64,000 nucleotides of DNA from contig NC_068990.1 in assembly GCF_001194135.2 (NCBI RefSeq), forward strand, positions 88,154,086 through 88,218,085, read 5' to 3'. This DNA comes from Octopus bimaculoides. Taxonomy: Eukaryota. The position numbers were made by a program, and so were the translations under genes. Below, one piece after another: positions 13,443 to 64,000 of this stretch (position 1 is its first letter; each line of letters begins with the position of its first letter). The notes below the pieces were generated by a model. The model had not been told where the DNA came from and made no database searches. It saw only the letters and a list, made by a program, of their open reading frames with translations.

Positions 13443-13542
13443 ATATTTTATCATGGATGATAGTGGCTTCCTTATCCCTCATCCTGAACTTATTGAAACA
13501 AATTGAAAAGGTCCTCTTGAACAACAATATATCTTGTAGAAA
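13443..13542 (+). pseudogene. CACHD1-like exon relic, copy 3
   Basis: ttgtag|A TAT TTT ATC ATG GAT GAT...AAA|gcaagt; YFIMDDSGFLIPHPELIETN*KGPLEQQYIL*K, two stops. Confidence 0.72.
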
Positions 13543-14253
13543 GCAAGTGCTACATTACATGTCAAAGCCAATTTTGGATTGATTTATTCATCATATATTA
13601 GTGAATATTTTTGATGTCCAGTAGTTTTCTCACTTGTATTCTTGTATGATTAATTTTTTGTAAGTAAACATTGGAACATAGGGTCTCTCCTACAGATACA
13701 GAAACATGCACACACATATACAAGGGTGACACTTTCTTTGTTGTCATACTGTCTGATGGCCATCTGTTTGGTAGTCAACTCTAGATATAATTTATCATCA
13801 TTACTTAAACCGCTGTGGCCATGTGGTGAAAAGGTTTGCATTGCAAGCAACCTTATGGTTTTGAGTTCAGTTACAGTGCATGGCACCTTGGGCAAGTGTC
13901 TTTTTCTATAGTCCTGGGCCTCTTACTAAAGTATTGTGAGTGGATTTGATAGAGAGGAACTGAAAGAAACCTGTTGTGTGCATGTGTGTATATACTGTGT
14001 ATATATATGTATATATATATATATATATATGGGAGAATATACAAATAATAACAACAGACGAGGACAGGTGGTGTAAATAACAAAAGTATATATTAGTATG
14101 ACGCTCGGGAATACGGAAAGTCTTTGACGTTTCGAGCTACGCTCTTCAACAGAAAGAATACGGAGACAAGGAGAAAAACACGGAGAAAAAAAATTGAATA
14201 GTGTTCAGTCAACGGTCAATCATATATACACACATACATAGATACATACAAAT

Positions 14254-14291
<38 letters not shown>

Positions 14292-14647
14292 ATATATTCA
14301 TAGATATAAACAATATATGAGTATATGCATATATATGTACATGTATGTATATACCTTCATCCACATGTACATATAAATACATAACTGGGTACATGACGTG
14401 ACAAAAGAACATGGACAAAATGGTAAACAAGGTGCAACAAACAAGCAGGCCACATNNNNNNNNNNNNNNNNNNNNNNNNNNNNNNNNNNNNNNNNNNNNN
14501 NNNNNNNNNNNNNNNNNNNNNNNNNNNNNNNNNNNNNNNNNNNNNNNNNNNNNNNNNNNNNNNNNNNNNNNNNNNNNNNNNNNNNNNNNNNNNNNNNNNN
14601 NNATATATGTATGTATGTATGTATGCATGTATGCATGTATGTATGTA

Positions 14648-15065
14648 TCATCATCATCATCATCGTTTAACGTCCGCTTTCCATGCTAGCATGGGTTAGA
14701 CGATTTGACTGAGGACTGTGAGGACTGGTGAAACCAGATGGCTGCACCAGGCTCCAATCTGATTTGGCAGAGTTTTTACAGCTGGATGCCCTTCCTAACG
14801 CCAACCACTCCGAGAGTGTAGTGGGTGCTTTTACGTGCCACCGGTGCGAAGGCCAGTCAGGTGGTACTGGAACGACTACGCTCAAAATGGTGTATTTTAC
14901 GTGCCACCTGCACAGGAGCCAGTGTAGTGGCACTGGCAATGATCTTGCTCGAATGTCTTTACAAGTGCCAAGAAGGCGACGCTAGGCACAGGTGCCATCA
15001 CGATTTCGCTTTTGCTTGCCCCAACAGGTCTTCGCAAGCCGAGTTTCGTGTCCAATGAAGGAGAC
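14648..15065 (-). repeat. Same (GAT)n-tailed SINE-type repeat, minus strand
   Basis: Reverse complement of the repeat at 1-239, with a small internal tgaggactg duplication. Confidence 0.85.
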
Positions 15066-15792
15066 ATGTATACATATTTTCAACTAGGGGTTAAAATAGC
15101 CTCATTAAGGGATAGTAATATCCAATGAATCATTAGTTCGTTATCTAATATTTTTTTTTTTGTGAATTATAATATTCATAAAATAATAGGTCTAAATATA
15201 AATCTTAGTTTATACATATTCAAAAGAAAATTAAGAGACAGCATCATCGTAAGATCTTGGAACACTTTTTTTAAAAGTCATACTACCTGACAGTGTTCCA
15301 CCATTGACATTTTTGTTAAGAAGAAATATCAACTAATATCTATGCAGAGAATATGGGTACCTCTGGATAACAGAGGCACACTTTATTACAGAGTTGAAGC
15401 TTATAATGAACTCCCAGGATTAGCTTGAAATGTGGCAACATATATTCTGCTTCTTAGAACAGAAAGAGAATCCAGCCCCACTTGGTTTCAGGAACACGAG
15501 CTCTTAGTCTAATGAAGGATTGTAACTCTGAAACCCTTACTAAACAAACCACAGCACACTCAGCGACAAGGCTCAATCCAAAGTTATTTGCCAATTAAGG
15601 TTATACTAATGTAGGTAACCTATCTGTTGGCATATCTTGCTAACTGCCTATTAGGTTAGAACAAAAGTTCTGTTGCATTTAAAACCAATGAAAACAACCC
15701 TAAAAAAATTAGATTAAAATTGAATTACAATAGTACATGCAACATGATGAAGCCCCAAACTATTTCCTAAGATTATTTCATTCTCTCTCTCT

Positions 15793-15837
<45 letters not shown>

Positions 15838-15962
15838 TATCTATCTTTTCTGGCAATACATTAAAACCTGTAACAACTAAATTCTTATTGTTTATAGTCT
15901 GTCACATTATTCTGTTATACAATATTTAACTGCGCAAATACTATATTCACGTACATACACAC

Positions 15963-15970
15963 ATGTACAC

Positions 15971-16057
<87 letters not shown>
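15963..16057. repeat. (CA)n microsatellite just upstream of the PAN/CCP gene start
   Basis: Direct reading. Confidence 0.95.
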
Positions 16058-16059
<2 letters not shown>

Positions 16060-16099
16060 GTATATATATATGTATGTATCGGCACACCAGCACATTCGG

Positions 16100-16105
16100 T
16101 CAGTT
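16100..16105 (+). promoter_or_regulatory. Candidate initiator (TCAGTT) ~30 nt upstream of the PAN/CCP gene ATG
   Basis: TCAGTT matches the invertebrate Inr consensus; a (TA)n run lies at 16061-16070. Motif only, no transcript evidence. Confidence 0.3.
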
Positions 16106-16130
16106 TCCTTTTTTTTCTCACAATCCAAAA

Positions 16131-59594
<43,464 letters not shown>

Positions 59595-59969
59595 GTAATA
59601 TAATAGCTTCTCTCTTATTGTCTCTGTTTATGTAATTTTATTTTATCTTAGTGTCAAATGTCAAAAGATCACCGCATACGCACACTTGAGGTTTGGTGCA
59701 CTCATGATCACAAAGCGAGTTAACCATCTACTTGGTGTTTATAAGAATGGGGAGGTTAAAAGGAAATTTAAGTCATCCATACCTTAAAGTAAATTAAATT
59801 ATGTTAACGGTTACTCAAAATTCATTCCCACTGCATTGTGCGAATGCACATTTATATGCATGTAGGCATCTCGGGAGTCGTTCAAAAATTCTGTTAATGA
59901 TCTTCTCATTAGTTCACAAAATAAACAGGGATTCCTCGGAGCAGAATGGCATCTGGTTATATTAGTATA

Positions 59970-60600
59970 GCAGTTGCTTCTTCAGGAATAACGGCAACAG
60001 TACATTCAATATTTAAATTACAATTTTCATCATTAATAGTTGACGAATTTACAACATGAATTAGAAAAAATAGTAGAATTTGGTTAACATTAGAAAATTG
60101 TAATTCATTAGTATGGGATGAAGTTACAATGCCACACAAAAAATTTTTAGAGGCTATTGATAAAACATTGAAAGAAATTAAAAGCAATAATTTACCATTT
60201 GGTGGTATTATTGTTTTACTAGCTGGTGATTTTAGACAAATACTTTCATTAGTACCAAGAGGTACAAAAGCTGAAGAAATAGGTACATCAGCCAAAGCAT
60301 CAATTTATCACAAACTGTCATTAAGAATTAATAAGAGTGCATATCCTAAGAAATAATGACATACAGGACTTTGCAAATAAACTATTAGAAGTAGGAGAAA
60401 ATAGTATCCCAAGTGATGATAATTACATGATATTTTTACCAATGGGAACTAGAGTTGAGAACGAAATTGATTTAGAAACGTTTATTTTTGAGGACATTGT
60501 AGTTAATTACACTAATAGAGAGTTGCCCGGGGTACTTCAGTTAGTAACTCATAAAATTGTAATGGCTAAGGCTATTTTTGAAGTGTAAGCAAAAAGATGA
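59970..60600 (+). mobile_element. Helitron-type PIF1 helicase fragment (element probably spans ~59660-61560)
   Basis: GITATVHSIFKL..VWDEVTMPHKKFLEAIDKTLKEIKSNNLPFGGIIVLLAGDFRQILSLVPRGT..DFANKLLEVGE; stops and frameshifts. Confidence 0.85.
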
Positions 60601-61007
60601 TAGTTTGAGCTAGTTGAACTAGTAGAAGGATCGTTACAGATAAGGGGAAGGAAAAGGAAGGTTGCTGAGTTTTGGATGTAGCCATGTAAGAGACTAATAC
60701 GGAGTGGTAGAACTAATACAAAGTGGTACACCAACATTCGCATACACTACTACACACACTCACAAGCATCAAGGTACACACCAGCACACACATAAAAGTA
60801 TAAGTTATGCATGCACGAAGATTTGTGCAAAAATTTCGTGCGTGCATAACTTATACTCTATCTCATCTTCACCTTGTCTCTCCTCTCTTTTTTACACACA
60901 TATATATATACACAATCACACGCTCACACACATGCACCCAATCACTGAATGAGGGAGCCAAAATCGTAGATAAGTAAAGAAAACAATAGTGTGTGAGTGT
61001 ATGCTTG

Positions 61008-61080
<73 letters not shown>

Positions 61081-61497
61081 TTTTTCAAGTGTAATGAGAA
61101 AATCTCCACGTAGTTAGTTGACCTGGTAGAAATAACAACTAAATCTCCCCCAGTGTCTCACGTTGCAGGCGTTAAAAACTGAAGGACACTTGAATATTTT
61201 AGATCAGAGATCAACTTGATTATGTTTGCTGTAGAGCGAAGTACATGTATCTATGACGTTTCACGCACACATGAAAGTACCATAATCACATACAATTTAC
61301 AATTAAGCCAAACTCTTTCTCTTTCTCTCTATCTATCGTATTACTGTCTTTTTCCCATTTGCAACTCATTGTCACTCACTCTATCTTTCTCACTCTTTCT
61401 CTTTTTATCTCTCACTCTTTTACTCACCTCTCACCGCTTTCTCCCTTTCACTCTCACACACATTCACGATTAGATCAATTTTTTTCTGTTACTCTGT

Positions 61498-61538
<41 letters not shown>

Positions 61539-62329
61539 GTGCACATACACACATACACACAATAGCAAACAGCGTTTCAGACGACATTATCCGGAAACAA
61601 CCGAAGTATTCTTTTCGCCTTTTCTGTCGTCTGCTAAATGCTTAGAGATTTGTTTCAAGAAGAAGATGTCTAAATTCAACACTGAAGACGAAATACCTTA
61701 TTAAATACATTGAAAATTATTCATTTCTTCTTTACTACTTAAAAAAATTGTATGCAGTCAGTTAGAAGTTAGACAATTTCCAGAGGAAATTTAGTCTTGT
61801 ATCAGTCTTCAGTGTTATAATTGTCACTTGTTCTCTTTGTGAAGAAGACATCTAAAGTTTAAACCGAAGGTGAAGTACCTTTTTAAATTTATTGAAAAAT
61901 ATTGAACAAAATGTATTAATTTACCGTCCTTATAACACATAAGCAATATCTCAAATTATTCAGGCTAATATTTTGAGTGGCTGTTTTACCAGGCGAAATG
62001 CATTTAAGCCTGGAATGCTCTTGATTGGGTCTGTCACAGAAATATCTTTCTATTGAAATGTTTACAGTTTCTTGTAAAACTCAGTTATTGCTATGTTTTT
62101 AAATAAATGTCAAAAACAGACAGCATTCCTACCGATGTATAACTATCCCAACCGGCTTTGTTGCCTCATAACTTCCAGAAAGATGGATACTTTTTAAACA
62201 AAATGTCCAACAAATACCACTTAGAGGCTGCAGATTTAGTGTATATAGGGATTTTTTGGAAAGAATTTCTTCCGAGGGAGTGGAGACAGGCGTTTCGGAA
62301 AACTCAAACGGTTGTCTCAGACATGTCCA

Positions 62330-62950
62330 CAGCCATACAGTCGGCCACTCTGACAAGCTATGCTGATGATACAAAGGTATCTCAGACAGTTAAGGACCCT
62401 GATGACATAATAAAACTACAAAATGACCAGCATGCAATATACAAATGGGCTGATGAAAATAACATGCAGTTCAATGCTGATAAGTTTGAAGTATTCTGCT
62501 ACTGACCCACAAATAGACTACCATCGGAATACATAAGACTAGGGGGCAGTGCATGACCTAGGAATGCACATGGGTGATGCAACATTCCATGTGCATATTG
62601 CCAGGATAGCAACACTGTGCAGACTAGTAGCTGGATGGATCCTTAGATCATTCAGAACCATACACAGGGATACTTTGCTACTCTTATGGAAGACATTTGT
62701 CCTCAGACGTCTGGATTACTGCTCTCAACTGTGGTTGCCACAAAGTGTCAAATTAGTAGCAGAACTTGAGGCAATCCAGCACCACTATACAAAGAAGATT
62801 GACTTGGTGAAACAGATGAGCTACTGAGAAAGGCTACAAGAACTGAAGCTCTACTCCCTGGAGAGAAAGTGAGAAAGGTGTGCAGTGATATACATATGGA
62901 AGATCCTGGAAGGTCTAGCTCCCAACTTTGGAATTAAAAGCTATGTCAAC
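62330..62950 (+). mobile_element. CR1-like LINE RT fragment
   Basis: SYADDTKV..LQND..IYKWADENNMQFNADKFEV; DLGMHM..WILRSF..LWKTFVL..LDYCSQLW. Confidence 0.85.
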
Positions 62951-62959
62951 TGCTGAGCT

Positions 62960-63330
62960 GGATGGCACTGTTTCTACTAGTTGGTGGGATGGGAAAGGTT
63001 TAGTCCACTTTGAACTTTTAAACCCAAACCGAATGATAACAAAGGAGATCTACTGTGTGCAGCTTGAGTGGCTTAAGTCAATACTAGAAGAAAAACGGCC
63101 ATCTTTGGTTTCAAGACGAAAGGTAGTGTTCTATCAGGATAATGCTCAGCCACATACAGTGAGGATGACGTTCCAAAGTCTGGAGCAGTTTGAATGGGAA
63201 ATGATGCCTCACCCACCATATTTGCTGGACATTTCTCCATCTGATTATCCTATAGTCTTCAAATTCATTTGGACGGAAAAAGTATGAATTGTGTGGACAA
63301 AGTCAGAACAGTACTGGAGGTGTATTTTTT
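62960..63330 (+). mobile_element. Mariner transposase fragment (same family as 26611-27360)
   Basis: WWDGKGLVHFELL..VVFYQDNAQPHT..MMPHPPY..DISPSDY. Confidence 0.85.
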
Positions 63331-63336
63331 GTCATT

Positions 63337-63491
63337 CATCATCATCATCATCATCGTTTAACGTCCGCTTTCCATGCTAGCATGGGTTGGACGATTTGAC
63401 TGAGGACTGGTGAAACCGGATGGCAACACCAGGCTCCAGTCTGATTTGGCAGAGTTTCTACAGCTGGATGCCCTTCCTAACGCCAACCACT

Positions 63492-63492
<1 letters not shown>
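63337..63492 (-). repeat. Same (GAT)n-tailed SINE-type repeat, 5'-truncated
   Basis: 63356-63492 is the exact reverse complement of 82-218. Confidence 0.88.
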
Positions 63493-63528
<36 letters not shown>

Positions 63529-63572
63529 GAATAATAAAGAGAAAGCCATCTCTGCTCATTCTTTCAAATATC

Positions 63573-63611
<39 letters not shown>

Positions 63612-64000
63612 CTCTATGTGTGTATTTAAAACAAAAAAGACTGCAAAATCTGTTAAGTGATGAGTTTGCCATGATTAACCATATTCAGTTACATCCTTTT
63701 ACAATTTTGGTTGAAATACCAAGATGTATTCCTCTTTTCATACTTCTAAAGTTGATAAAACAATCACAATTCAAGTACTGAAGTGGATTTATTTTTATGT
63801 ATTGTCTCAGCAGAATGTGTGGTTATGTGCATATGTTAGGAACCATTATTATTAACTTCAACAATAATTACTCATCTTAAGTTTGATGGATTGACAGATC
63901 ATTCAAGCATCAGATAAAATACGTTGTGGTATTTGTTCTGGCTCTTTAACTTCTGTGTTCAACTTTTGCTAATGCAAACTTTGTCCATCCAGGGCCAATA

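Overview
AT-rich, microsatellite- and SINE-laden animal genomic DNA. The repeat families look octopod/cephalopod; this taxon call is an inference. Four N gaps are present. Three layers can be read from the sequence. (1) 309-4905 (+): the last five coding exons of NDUFV1 (complex I 51 kDa subunit). (2) ~6400-13550 (+): decayed exon relics of a CACHD1-like (VWA/Cache) gene, with one exon present in three copies. (3) 16131 to beyond 64000 (+): one large modular gene not visible in the ORF track. It has a signal peptide split over a 55-nt exon and a 30-nt micro-exon. These are followed by 24 open, symmetric phase-1 exons arranged as seven repeats of [PAN/apple type A]-[PAN/apple type B]-[Sushi/CCP], with an extra CCP in repeats 3, 4 and 7. 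That gives 14 PAN + 10 CCP modules and 1,700 codons inside the window, with no stop codon yet. Introns carry mariner/Tc1, LINE (RTE, CR1-like, R4-like), Helitron and MITE relics. Several of these are shared by the repeat units and record how the array was amplified. All family assignments are by eye and from remembered motifs; no database searches were run.
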